From Azolla caroliniana (lineage: Eukaryota; Plantae; Polypodiophyta), in assembly GCA_043228905.1 (NCBI GenBank), contig JBHGNT010000020.1, forward strand, positions 2,046,001-2,110,000: a stretch of DNA of 64,000 bases, given 5' to 3'. The notes under the pieces were generated by a model. The model was not told where the DNA came from, ran no database searches, and worked only from the letters and a program-made list of their open reading frames with translations. Positions 1-12,737 of the stretch are shown here, piece after piece. Positions within the stretch are counted from its first letter, which is position 1; every line of letters begins with the position of its first letter. Position numbers and translations under genes: made by a program.

Positions 1-2130
1 AGAAGAGGTATAAGTGTTATAACCCCCGGACTAAACAGGTCCAAGTAAGCCGAGATGTTGAGTTTGATGAATCGGCATCATAGTACTCTCTACTGACTCC
101 AACTTCCAACTCTGACCCGATTCCTGAAGATGAGGCTAGTGAGCCCGAAGAGGTCCAGGTAGAAGATGAAGACTTCAGTACTCTAGATGAGAGTCCGATC
201 TCATTCCGGCTAAGTGGGCCGAATGAGCGGTTGAGTCGGGATGACCAATCGGATGAAGAACCAACGAGTAGTGAAGACTCTACCGTGCTCTCCCCGCGCA
301 AGGAACCGAGGAGACGGTTCACGCGCAAAGAGAAGGTGAACAAGAAGATGCCGGAATACGATACCGGTAATGAAGGGTCAGATCGGAGCGAATCTGAGCC
401 CGGAAAGGGAGAAGGCAGATCTTCAAAAATGAAGCCCGAACCGGCCAAGAAGGGCCTCAAACCAGGTAATGACAAGTTACGCCGGTCAACCCGCCAGAAG
501 AACCATGTCAAGAGGTACGAATATAATGAGTACATGGCGCATCACTATGCATACATGACTAAGGTGGCGGAAGTGCGTGACCCGGAGAGCTACGCAGAAG
601 CACCAAAAGACGCAAATTGGTGTGCTTCTATGGAGGAAGAAATGTGGGCACTTGATGCCAACGACACATGGGACCTAGTTGACCCTCCCTGACAGTGTAA
701 ACCGATCGGATGTAAGTGGCTATATAAGGTGAAGTACAATGTCGACGGTTCGGTCAACCGGTACAAAGCCCAGTTATTGGCGAAGGGATAGGCATAGACG
801 CACGGAATCGACTATGATGGGACCTTCACTCCCGTAGCGAAGATGATGATGGTTCGTGTGGTCTTGGCTGTTGTTGCGGCAAGGGGGTGGCATCTTCACC
901 AAATGGACATGAAGAATGCGTTTCTTCAAGGTGACCTTAAAGAACGTGTCTATATGATCCAACCCCCCGGTTTCCAATCGGAGATGAACAAGTCAGCAGT
1001 GTGTCAACTCAAGAAGTCGTTTTACGGTCTGAATTAAGCCCCCTGAGCTTGGAATGAGAAGATCACGCACCGGTTGCGTAAGATGGAGTTTGTGGCCCCA
1101 AAGTCTGACTCGTCAGTATTCATCTGGAACAGTCTAGACGATCTGGTTTGTATCCTACTATATGTAGATGATTTAGTCATCACCGAACCCAGACTTAATA
1201 AAATTGGCCGAGTGAAGTCCTAGCTGTCGGAAGCATTTGAAATGAAGGACCTGGGGGACCTTCATTATTTTCTTGGGATCGAGGTGATGCAGACCCCCGA
1301 TGGCATATTGCTCTCAGAAAGACACTATGTGCTGAATATGTTGTACAAGTTCGGCATGACAGAATGCCGACCGATCTCCACACCCCTGGACCAGAACTTG
1401 AAGCTGCGTTCCAACTCCGGACCGGCCTGCAATGAGAAACGGTTCCGACAAATTGTCGAAAGCCTCATATACTTGACAATCACTCGACCCGACATCAGTT
1501 ACCCAATCGGAGTGATCAGCCAGTTCATGCAGAAGTCGACCGTCGAGCACTTTCAGTGCGCACACCGGATAGTCCAATATGTTAGTGGCACGAAGGACCG
1601 GGGACTGTTATACCGACACGGTATAGCTGGGAAGCTAGTCGGATATACTGATGCCAACTGGGTTGGTGATGCATTGGATCACCGATCCACCTCTGGTTAC
1701 CTGTTTTCTCTTGGTAGTGCGGTTGTTGCGTGGAGCAGCAAAAAGCAGCCAACAACGGCTCTATCGAGCACTGAGGCTGAATATTGGGGTGCTACCATTG
1801 CCACCTATGAAGCCATATGGCTTTGGCGACTGTTGCGTGACCTCCGGATCGAGGTGTCGACCCCAATCATGATCTACTGCAACAACATAAGTAGCATACA
1901 GGTCGCCAAGAACCTTGTATTCCATGCTCGGACAGACAAATCACATAGAAGTGCATTATCACTTTGTCTGTGAGTGGGTCCTGAGTGGTGAAGTTGAACT
2001 TCGATATGTTCACACGGATCAGCAGGTAACCGACATCTTCACCAAGCCGCTTGGATCAGACAAGTTGCAGCATTTTTCAGAGATGCTCGGCATTCAGCAT
2101 CTCACTCAACATGCGGCACTTGAGGGGGAG
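1..2130 (+). pseudogene. Copia pol (RT-RNase H) with premature stops and frameshifts
   Basis: ORF fragments 231-692, 843-1037, 1242-1973 and 1915-2187 are consecutive pol pieces separated by stops and frameshifts. Confidence 0.9.
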
Positions 2131-2409
2131 AACAGGAATGGGAACGGATGGCACCAGAGAGGAAGAAAGAACCAAAGGGGGAGATGAGCTGAAAAAGGAA
2201 GTTGAGTCGACAGAAGGAGTCGGCACATCCGAACAAGTCAAAGTAAACGGCAGTGGCAGCGGAGTCAAGAAGGACAGAGCCGACCGGAAGAAGAAGGCCA
2301 AGACTCGGACATGGTCCGATGTTGTGAAGGGCCTAAAAAACGAAGAAGAGTTGGAGAACACCAACTCGCTCACACCACGATCCGACCTCAAGTTGAGCTT
2401 GAGGGGGAG

Positions 2410-2743
2410 TGTTGAGCAAGCAAGCTCAACCAGATCCGGATTGGTTGGATAAGCCTAAGCCAGATCGGTATCCAGAACGAAGAGCCGGATGATATCCGGA
2501 ACCAGGAGCCGGATCGGAGAGACGGATCGGGGAGCCGGATTCAAATGCAAACGGGAAGGCTAGTAGTAGCCTATACTCCTAGACTACTAGGTAGTTAGAG
2601 TCCTTGTAGTTAGTGTCAGCTACTCGTATGAGCATTGAAGTACATAGTACTTCTGTCAGTCCTTTTGAGGACTTGTATAAATAGTGTTGTTTAGCACGTT
2701 GTATGTACAGAGTTACAGGGTGTTATTTTTTAATTGAGTTTAT

Positions 2744-2799
<56 letters not shown>

Positions 2800-2906
2800 T
2801 CCCATGAATGTTAAGTACTCTCTAGCTTCCATTGAACCTGTTTTTTATTCTCTGTCTCTACCCAGTGAAACCGGTTTGTCAAAGCTTCCGCACACTAACT
2901 TTTACA
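2410..2906 (+). repeat. 3' LTR of the Copia element
   Basis: Starts with TG directly after the PPT, contains TATAAATA (~2677) and a (CT)n tract, and ends in CA. The right boundary is inferred because the partner LTR is outside the window. Confidence 0.7.
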
Positions 2907-3350
2907 GTATAAATACATCTAGGGAAAATCATTATGTTGTGTGTATTAGCATTGTTGTAACTAGTGTGTAGGAGAGAGAGAGTGTGAGTGTAACAACTCT
3001 ATTGTAAGCATCGCCAAACAAAGAGGAACTTAAGATGGTTGCCTTAGATTTTCTTGTGCATTTCCTCCTACCATAGTGATATAGTTTGGATTTTGTGGAC
3101 TCCCGTGGTGTTTCCCAATCCGGGTTTTCCACATAAAATCGGTGTCTCTGTACTTTCTACATTATCTTGTTTGTTGTTTGTTGTTTGTTTGTTGTTTGTT
3201 GTTTGTTGTTTGTTGTTTGTTGTTTGTTGTTTGTTGTTTGTTGTTTGTTGTTTGTTGTTTGTTGTTTGTTGTTTGTTGTTTGTTGTCTTGATCTTTGTGT
3301 CTCTCATTTGAAAATGTTAACCGGTTGTGGCTGGCCTCTTATTTTCGACA
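2907..3350 (+). repeat. Right part of an older LTR (TATA-R-U5) that was interrupted by the Copia insertion
   Basis: GTATAAATA..TAGGG at 2907, U5-type motif CGTGG..TTTCCC..GGGTTTTCCACATAAA (~3103-3137) and CGGTTGTGG..CA end at 3350. All are paralleled in the solo LTR at 18317-19001. No PBS follows. Confidence 0.65.
3167..3286. repeat. (TTGTTTG)n heptamer tandem repeat
   Basis: Directly visible; explains the LLFVVCC/TTNNKQQ ORFs. Confidence 0.95.
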
Positions 3351-3823
3351 GAAAGAAAGAATGCATTTGGTGGTGTTTTAGGTCGCTCACACTCCTTATA
3401 AAGACCCGATGGTCAACAAAAACGTATATTCTATGGCTTGTGTAGTCATAATTCAAAGCCACATGCAACTCATGAATTTGCTTGTTTAACTTTTGTTAGC
3501 ATAAATTGTTTAACTAAGGTAGGAGGTGATGGTGGGAAAGATGGGAGGATGTGTTTTAACTTAGGGTAAGGAGTTTTGTCTCATGTTTAGAGAGGGGATA
3601 ATTAGAGTGGTTGTGGATCCAACTATTAATTATAGGTTTCTTAAGGTTTGGTTCGTGGCTTTCTAGTATGTGAGTTTGTAGTGTATGGGGAGAAGGGGAA
3701 ATGTGAGTTTGTTCTACCTAGCCACATGTACCTTGTAGAGTGTCGCGATGAAGGTAGGAGACGAAGCAAAAGATGTCTAGTCACTCCATAAGCCCTTGCT
3801 AATCCACGAATTTTGCCCATCTA

Positions 3824-4292
3824 TGTTGTCCGCCGGAATAGTAACCGACGGACAAAAGCGCAGTAATATAGAATATAGGAATATTGTAACGCATGTAAAC
3901 AGTTCACGCGGGAAGCGTGAACGGCTAAAAGACCCTGCGTATATAAAGGGCGAAAAACCTCTGATAGAGGTAGCGTGTAATTTTGAATGTAAAAGGTGTA
4001 TCTTAATAGAGTTCTATCTTCTCTGATCCCTCTGCATATCTGTGGTTAATCTATTGTGTGTCTGTGATTCTTGGTGGCGTAGCGCAATCGTAAGAGCGTA
4101 GGCGTGAGTAACAGTGTGGTCGCTAGTCCACTGTCTAAGGAGTTTGGTTGTAGCCGTCTCCCTTATACGCTACTAGGATACGGGAGGTATCCCACTAAGT
4201 ATTACACTACGACAATACCATTCGTTGCAACACAGTCACTTTGAGGTCTAGGTCGAAGGATTGACCGTAGACCGTGTTCCTAATCGGTAACA
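3824..4292 (+). repeat. Gypsy 5' LTR (469 bp)
   Basis: TG...CA ends, TATATAAA at ~3940, followed by a PBS-like motif. Confidence 0.85.
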
Positions 4293-4296
4293 CTTT

Positions 4297-4310
4297 TGGC
4301 ATGCTTGGTG
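4297..4310 (+). other. Primer-binding site, degenerate, tRNA-Arg type
   Basis: TGGCATGCTTGGTG 4 nt after the LTR; equals TGGCACGCCCGGTG with C>T changes. Confidence 0.6.
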
Positions 4311-4580
4311 ATCTGTGTCTTCTCACAGACAAACAACGACGAATGGATGTTTAGCCGCAAACGCCCCAGAGAACCAATATGATAAGACCGACCAATCACA
4401 AGGTCCATTAGACACCAGGCAGAGGAACGTGCACGGCAAAAGTCTCGCCTTAGTGACCTCAATGATACATGTCGGGACCACAAAGACAATTTCTCGCTCC
4501 CCAAATACCTCGGCGATACGCAGGAAGCGCGCTCACCACAAAAGCATTGTGGTCTTTCCCTACCCGCCGTAGCATCCAGC

Positions 4581-5816
4581 ATGGCGTTTGCTTATCCCCG
4601 CTTCAACAGTGAAACCAATGCCACAACCCATATCCGACTGTTCCTCAATGTCTCGAATGCAAACCACATGGCGTAGAGCCTTTCCGAAGCAGTAGCGCAC
4701 TAGTCCAAAATGACGGAGTTTGGATTAACCTTGGATGGGAGAGCGGCGTTTTGGCATTCGCAAATGGATCTGCCAGCAATCACGACCTTCGACCAATTGC
4801 AGACAACCTTTCTGCATTTTTTTCATCGGAGGGTGTTGCAACACGAAATCCTTGGGTAGTTTTACACAATTAAACAGTTGCCGACCGAGACAGTAGCGGA
4901 TTTCAGTTTACGCTTCCAAAATCTACGGTGGAAATTAGAATGGGGCCCAACGGAGGACGAGGCTAGGGAGACATTTATGGCAACATTACAACGACCCATA
5001 CGGACAACGCTCAACAACAATAACGTGAAAGGGGAAACAGCCGATATGGTCATAGAAAGAGCGTTACAGCTCGAGCTAGACGAAGAAGAGGAAAGGTTTT
5101 CCATGTCCTCATTATGACAACCGTTACCTCAGGACGAGGAACGACATTTTCGCCAAGCGATCCAGTGCACAATTTGCTTGAATTCGGGGCATTCCGCAGT
5201 TGAATGCAACATGCGAATCCACTATCCAATCTGTCACTCGAAAGCTCACACAGTTGAGTAGTGCGAGTACAATATGTTGAACAGATCCACGCCCACAGTA
5301 TGCAGTCTAGAAACACAGCGTCCCCCACGCCGTAATGAACAAAGGCGGCAAGAAGAACGACCACGGTATATGGATCGAAACCCACGCGATGACCGGCACT
5401 ACTGAAATCGTCAGAATCACAACAATTCCGAGGAAGATGAGCCGGAGGATGAAGACTACTGTGGCAACCACAAAAATACTAAAGGGGGTCGACACTATGA
5501 GAATTACCATCCAACGAACAAACGTGGCGGCTTCAATGGGCCTCGCGGAAAGCATCATGAGTATCGGGACCAATGGCGGTATGACGAAAGTTCGGACGAT
5601 GACCAGCACCAGGAACCGCGTCGAGATGAACAACAACCACCGCGTACACTCCGACGAACGAATCAGGACTGGGAGGAGCAAGTCACACCTGGGGATCGGC
5701 ACACACCACCAGGGGCCGAGAAGGGTGAATCTAGCGTCCATTGTTTTGTTTGTCAACAGCCCGGACATTATGCCACACAAGGCCCAGTACGCAAGGGCAG
5801 GGGGCCCGCCGTCAAT
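4581..5816 (+). pseudogene. Gypsy gag, disrupted
   Basis: Capsid-like IKQLPTETVADFSLRFQNL and zinc knuckles (CTICLNSGHSAVEC; CFVCQQPGHYA); several stops. Confidence 0.8.
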
Positions 5817-8800
5817 ATGATTACGGCGGAAGTACAGCAAGTCATGACACGTCACCAAACAAAAAATGTTGATTGGGCTATGCAAGATGAGATACGTCAG
5901 ACAGCCCAAGCATGGGTTGAAAAAGCAAACGCGGCAAATACGGAACGCATGCGGAAGGAGTCCGCAAACACGATGGAACTATTGGAGGAAGAGGGAACAT
6001 CTCCGGATCCCATATGGCAACCACTGACAGGCTGCGAGATAACGTTAACCATGGAGAAGCTATTGCAACTAGTCCCACAATTCCGCCAGGCCGTGGAAGA
6101 GCGGATGACGGGCACACCTAGGGTAAGTGTCGCCGCAAATTTTACGGACATCAGCGTCGAACCAACAGTGGTGGATCACCACAATCCGACTATTAAGTTG
6201 ATACTACACGGTCAGGAAATCCCAGGATGCGTAATCGATGGCGGCTCAGGCGTTAATGTAATTAGCATGAAGACATGCGAACAATTGGGAATTTCAGAAT
6301 GGGAAGCTTGCCCGTTTTGGCTTCACATGGCGGATACCCACTCAATACGACCATTGGGTTTGATACGCAAGGTAGGCATTATCGTGGGAGGACATCGCTT
6401 TGACATCTCGGCAGTAGTCCTCGCCCTTGACGCCCCAGGAGTGTATCCTATGTTATTGGGCAGACCGTGGCTTCGTTCAACGAATATCAAGCAGAGCTGG
6501 CAACACAAGTGTATCAGCTTTCGACGCGGACGCACCAAGGTCCGCGTACCAATAGAGGAAATGGCGGCACAACCCAAGGGCATAACACCATTGTATGCGA
6601 AGGATATAAATATGATGGCTGGGGTGGATGATACAGAATTAGAGGTATACCTAGACGAGCACCCTCGGATTATTCCATTGTTCGAAATCGACGTCATTGA
6701 AACCGCGGCGGAATATGCCACGCCCGCTACACTCCACGACGAGGCTTACGAACCAAACCTGGAGTCAATATTAGAACTAAGCAGAGCACGGGTAGCGTTC
6801 GAGAGGGAAATGGAAATTTCACGGCGAGTCACCGCCTCAGCCCTGGAAGAAGTAAACGTGGGTACGGCATCAGAACCCCGATTCCTCTCCATCACAAAAG
6901 AATTACTGCCGGATCAGAGAGACATGATGATAGCACTACTCAGGAAGTATAAATATGTGTTCGCCTGGGCCCACGAGGACATGAAGGGGTTAGATCCGAA
7001 GTTCTATCAACATAAGATCAATTTAGCAATCAACGCGAAACCAGTCCAGCAGCGTCGATACCGTATGAACCCAAACTACGCGGCCCACGTATAAGAAGAA
7101 ATTGACAAACTCCTCAAGGCCGGATTCATACGACCAGTTAAACAAGCTACATGGTTAAGCCCGATAGTAGTCTTACCAAAGAAAAATGGCAAAATACGTG
7201 TATGCGTGGACTACCGGAAATTGAACATCGTAACCATTACGGACGCATTCCCTTTACCGTTCACCGATAGCTTACTGGACGTCGTCGCAGGGCATGACAT
7301 GTACAACTTTTTAGATGGCTTTAGTGGGTACAACCAAGTACGCATGCACCCCGACGACCAAGAGAAGATGACGTTTGTCACGGACTAGGGAGTCTATGTC
7401 GCAATCGTCATGATGTTCGGGCTAAAGACAGCGCCGGCGACATTTCAACAGACAATAATGGAGGTTTTTGGGGAATATATTCTGGCCTTCATGCAAGTTT
7501 TTTTAGACGATTTTGCGGTATATGGGACAACAACCGACCATTTTACACATCTGCAGCTTTGCTTGGAGCGTTGCCGAACCGCACGCTTAAGCCTGAATCC
7601 CACCAAATGCGCCTTCGGCGTTACCAACGGGGCTCTCCTCGGCCATATAGTCAGCAAGGAAGGGATAGCGGTCGATCCAAATAAAATCTCCACGATTACT
7701 CACGCGAAAACGTCGACAAACGCAAAATCACTCAGCCGGTTTTTAGGGGAAATACGATGGCACGGTCGGATGATACGCTATTTGGCGGACTTCACCACGC
7801 TGTTACATGTCGCCGTTCATCGGACTCCCTTCCAATGGACAGCTACGGAAGAGAAGGCATATGATGCGCTAAAGGTAATGCTAACGCAGGCACCTATCGT
7901 ACAGCCACCAGTTTGGCCGAAGCCATTCCACGTGTTCGTAGATGCCTCGAACATAGCAAAAGGTAGTGCGCTAATGCAGCTCACAAAGCCGAATTGGTAC
8001 CGGCTGGTGTACTACGCTAGTCAGAAATTCTCAATGGCTAAGCGTAACTATTCCGCAACAAAACGTGAGGCGTTGGGTATGATCTACAACATCAATAAGT
8101 TCTGGCATTATCTGCTAGGGCGGAAATTCACGTTTCACGTGGATCATTTGGCACTGCTATATTTGGTAGGGAAACAAGCGTTGACGGGGAAATTGGCGAG
8201 ATGGATGTTGCTGCTTCGAGAATTCGACTTTGTAATTCAGCACCGCCCAGCCCGGGTACACAACACGTAGTGGCAGATTTTTTGAGCAGACTCGATAATG
8301 GAGAAACGGCGCAAAAGGATGACAACGACTTTTTGGATACAGACATTCTGCGGGTAGCAACGCTAGCAGAACGATTGGAAAAGACTTTCCCAGATCGGTG
8401 GCTCATGGAAATGACCTACTTCCTGACACGAGGTTACCGCCACCCCAATTACGGACGGACGAGAAAAAATGGTTGGTCGTACGAAGTCAAAATTTCTGTT
8501 TAGTGGAAGACATATTATACCACAAGGGCAGTGACGGCATCTGGAGGCGCGGAATACGGCAGGATGAGAAGGCCGCGGTTCTACGCGAAGCCCATTGTGC
8601 TACGGCGGGAGGACATTACGCGAGCGATGTTACAGCCCGGAAAATTTGGCAAGCAGGACTTTGGTGGCCGACGACGCAAAAGGACATGTATGAATATTGC
8701 AGACAATGCGATTTATGCCAACGACTGGGCCAGCCCACGGAAGTCGCAAGAATGCCACACCAACCAGTGTTGCCACTAGATCCTTTCCAAAAGTGGGGGT

Positions 8801-9707
8801 TAGATTTTGTGGGACTCTTTACCCCGGCAGCCGCTCGAACAAGCAATAAGTACATCCTGGTGGCTACGGATTACTGTACCAAGTGGGTAGAAGCGAAACC
8901 ACTACGCGAGAATACCGCGGCAGTCACGAAGAAATTCCTTTACGAACACATCTGGTGTCGTTTCGGCTCCCCTATCGAGCTCATTAGTGACCAAGGGAGT
9001 CACTTTCTGAATACGGTCATTAGCGAACTGACCCAACATTATGTTGTGGTGCACAATAAAAGTACGTTGTATTACCCGCAGGCAAATGGCTTGGCAGAAT
9101 CCACGAACAAAACCCTACAAACTATCCTCAAAAAGATAGTCAATGAGAACAGGACGGATTGGGACACCAAGTTGCATAGCGCGTTATGGGCATACCGTAC
9201 CAGCTATAAGAGCAGCACACAATCAACGTCGTTCAGGCTAGCATTTGGTCTGGAGGTCGTGATGCTAGTCGAATTCCAAGTACCCAGTCTGCGGATTCAA
9301 GTACGAGCCCGGCTACCAGAGGGCAAATCCGAACAAGTACGGCTACAGCAACTGCTAAAGCTAGGAGAAACAAGGTTACGCAGTATGGCCATATTAGAGC
9401 AGGAACAACTACGGCGCAAAGCATTTGTGGACCGACACCGGCATGCGCGTGAAAAAGATTTTACGGTTGGAAAAGTGGTAATAGTTTTCCAAACACGCAT
9501 GGGGCATATGCCAGGAAAATTAAGATTCCACTGGATAGGCCCGTACTGGATAGTAGGAGCAGAACAGGGCACGTTTCAACTGGGCATGTTGGCTGGGAAG
9601 TGTTACGACAAAAAGTAAATGGGTTTCGCCTTAAACCTTATCTGGGACCTACGCCACCTAACCCGTTCCCCGCCGAACAGGACAAAGCCGGAGAATCCGC
9701 GGAGTAA
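5817..9707 (+). pseudogene. Gypsy pol: protease, RT, RNase H, integrase; disrupted
   Basis: PR VIDGGSG..LLGRPW; RT VDYRKLN, LDGFSGYNQ, FGLKTAPATFQ, FLDD; RH VDAS..NYS..REAL; INT H..H..C..C, WGLDF, SDQGSHF, PQANGLAE, GPY. Stops and frameshifts near 7094, 7388, 8270 and 9618. Confidence 0.95.
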
Positions 9708-10056
9708 ATATAAGGCCCCACTTGTACTATAGTGTAAAAAATAATATTGTAAGTAATCGTTAAGAAAAAGAGAGAGAGAGAGAGAGAGAAGAGAAGATAG
9801 TGACGCTATTAAAAGGACTTAAGGCATGCACTGACTTCTAGGCCAAGAACACGCGGCACCACGATGGCTCACCGACCAATGAACCCTAGGCCACAAAAAG
9901 AAGTAAATAGAAGGTTTTCTGCACAATACAGAAATCAACCTTCTAACTCTCATCGCTCTCATCGCTCCCTTCCTCCCCTCTTCTCCCTCCTATCACAGAG
10001 CTCAAGCTCGCCGCAACCAACAGTCTTCACCCATTAGCCACGAGCCTATTCCGACT

Positions 10057-12696
10057 ATGTCGATACCCATCTCTACCGCCTTGCGTCGATGGCTCGTGGA
10101 GAAACGCTTGGATGGGTACATCAGAGTCGTTGATGCAACTCCACACCCTGATGCACTGGACATCGCTAGGAAGCTCAACATCGACACGGTCACCAACTCA
10201 TCCATCCGAAAAAAGTTGGACCTGTCATCACTGGGTGAAAGGCATTTCGAAATCCCTCCTGCAGAATCTTTGCAGTGATATTTCAGTCCATATTCATCAT
10301 CTACCAAGGCATATAGAACGAAGGAGATCCCAAATCCCTTTTTCCGCGAAATCGCCAAGTTCCTGTTGGAGGTCGGATGCGTACATGTAAACGCATATGG
10401 GAGGCCCAAGCAGAAGGCAAGTATCATCATTGATACCTTTGAAGGGCATACGGTCGATTGGGGGGTCATTACAGGGCCGACATTACGGGAAGGCCTGCAC
10501 GGGTATCAAGGAGGCAAAAAGCTCAGGCCTATCATACAACAGTATCTGACGATACTATTCCCACCCCGAGGTCTGTCGGCACTGCAACCTAGCAAACCCA
10601 CGCCGCCGCCTCGATCCGCGAAGCAAAGGTTAGCGGAGTTAGCCACCACAGAGTGGGAGGATGAACCCCAACCCGCCCAGCCGAACACACGAACAACACA
10701 GGAAGAGCAGGCTGAGCGCACCGAGGAAGCGGCACAGGAGTCGGAAGCCAAACCACAATAGGGAAGCCCGAGGCCGAAACGGCGGAGACTGGACAGGAAA
10801 GATGGGCGCGAGTTAGTTAAAGTCACAGTCGCGGCCACAGAGACAACGATCGGGGTCGATGGCTCCGTAGCTACAGAGCCCAACACCACCTTCGAAATAA
10901 TCCAGGAACCACGGCCGATCATTACGGCCCAGTCACACGGGGGAAAGGCGTATTTACGGCAAAAAGAGAAGTCCTGGCATATCCGGATATTCCGGACATG
11001 GCCCATGAGTTTGGCGCACTATTGCAGTTCGGAACCACTTTTGAACTCATGGCAACGCAACAAATAAAAGTCTCACAATGAATGGCCGAGGAGCATGCGG
11101 AGCGCCAGATGATCGAGTGTGCGCTAACACAAACAACGGAAAACGACGATGAAGATCAGTTAGCCAGAGTCGGCAAATAGAGGAATGTCGGTATACGCCG
11201 AATGGGGATTGAACTACCCCCATTAAACACGGCCCTTGTCGAAGTTCATCAGGAATTGGCGAAGGTCAGTATGGGCGCCAAGGATATGGCGATTAAGAAT
11301 AAAAATGTCTAGAAGACTGTCAAACTGGCCCAAGCTAAGCTACAAAAGGCCAACACACGCATCACGGAGTTAGAGCGTAATGCGACTACGGCACAACAGG
11401 CAGCTCAACCAATGGCCAACACCACCGAGGCCCTGAGAGAAGAAATTGAAGCCCAGACCGCCATTGCCTCGAAAGCAAAACGAGCCATGCAACTGGCGGA
11501 ATCAGAGATTGACCATCTCCACTCCGAACTTCGCCAATCCTCGAACAGAGAGAAGGACATCCGGGCCAACGGCCGAAAGGCAGTAAAAACACTTGAAGAG
11601 AAACACGCAGCAGAGAGGCAGCACAACATACCCGCACGAAAGAAGAAAATGCCAAACTACGGGAGGAAGCGAAAAAATCGAAAGCGGTGATTACGGGACT
11701 CCGGGCGTTATTAGACAAAAAGAAAGCATGGTTCGACGAGCAGCTAGTTGGAGAACAAGAGAGGAAGCATCAACTAGAAATCCGCCTGAACAATGAAATG
11801 GCAAAACTAGAAGAACTACATTCGAAGGAATCTTAGCTCGAGGCAGGAATGAGGAGCACTTATGAGGAAGCGGCGACGGTTAGTAAACAAGAAATTGCAA
11901 ACCTCAAGAAATCCGTAAAAGAAGCACGCAACCGTTGCCAAGCCATAACAGACAACGTGTGCATCCTTCTGCAAACAAATCGGGAGAGGTTTACGGCGCA
12001 ATTAAAATCGGCGCTAAATCGGCGCTAGACAAAGGATGGATGGCGTGGGCTGCACAAGTGGCAGAATTGCATACGTACCGAGCGGACTGGGAGAACCGAA
12101 GGAAAGACGGTCGAGGGTTCTACAAACTCAATGAGGAAAGCATTGCGGTAGTACGTGAGGACCTAGCGCAGGACTATCGCATGCTAGCAGACCAACATTC
12201 CGAGGAACTCGCGCAGCTACTAGATGATTTTGGCGAAAGTCAAGAGGACCTGTTTCACCAGATCACACAAGCCGGCAGCACGTGAACAAACGAGGAATCC
12301 ATTGTGATACCAATTCCGGATATTGCCGAACAAGAGGAACCTCAGCCCATGTCACCGGAAATTACCACTACGGTGAACAGCACGGAACGGCGAGCGGAGC
12401 CCCCCGCAATACCAGAAAGCGAAACCGCCGACCAAGAGGAACCCCAACCACCGGAGCATACGCTTATGACCGACATCACGGAGGACGTTCCGGACCAAGC
12501 AGAACCCCAACCCCACTCTCCAGAGCGTACGACTACGGCAGACATCATGGAGGAAGTTACGGACGAAACAGAACCGCAACCTACCGCAAGCCCGCGGATG
12601 GCTGGACCAACCACAATAGCCCAAGAAGAACCAGTAGAACCCGAACCGCCCACACAGGAAGCCAGCGACACCATGGGAAGCCCTCCCGACCAAGCA
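10057..12696 (+). pseudogene. Extra (env-position) ORF of the Gypsy element: globular N-terminus, basic NLS-like patch, coiled coil, acidic P/E/T tail; disrupted
   Basis: ORFs 10057-10278, 10366-10761, 11935-12285 and 12304-12735 share one frame; 11412-11690 is a frameshifted coiled-coil piece. Lies between pol and the 3' LTR remnant. Confidence 0.7.
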
Positions 12697-12737
12697 GTCG
12701 AAGGACTGACCGTAGACCGTGTTCCTAATCGGTAACA
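12697..12737 (+). repeat. 41-bp remnant of the Gypsy 3' LTR
   Basis: GTCGAAGGACTGACCGTAGACCGTGTTCCTAATCGGTAACA matches 4252-4292 with 1 mismatch; followed by the TSD. Confidence 0.9.

Larger units (their letters stand above)
1..2906 (+). mobile_element. Ty1/Copia LTR retrotransposon, 3' part (integrase tail, RT, RNase H, PPT, 3' LTR); 5' end lies outside the window
   Basis: Copia pol motifs in order: KGYKCYNP..VSRDVEFDE, HQMDMKNAFLQG, LLYVDDL, MKDLGDLHYFLGIEV, GYTDANW, WSSKKQ, HIEVHYHF, DIFTKPL. PPT GAGGGGGAG 2401-2409 is followed by TGTTG at 2410. Probable LTR end ...TTTTACA at 2906. Confidence 0.92.
3824..12737 (+). mobile_element. Ty3/Gypsy LTR retrotransposon (non-chromovirus-like; no extra RNase H seen) with an extra 3' ORF; 3' LTR mostly deleted
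   Basis: 5-bp TSD ATCTA at 3819-3823 and 12738-12742; termini TGTTGTCCG...CGGTAACA; domain order gag-PR-RT-RH-INT; 12697-12737 repeats 4252-4292. Confidence 0.92.

Noticed and set aside
3054-3445. Cys/Val/Leu-rich hydrophobic ORFs
   Set aside because: Artefact of the (TTGTTTG)n repeat.
3741-3823. TG at 3741 as the Gypsy LTR start
   Set aside because: No matching TSD; TG at 3824 gives TSD ATCTA and inverted termini.
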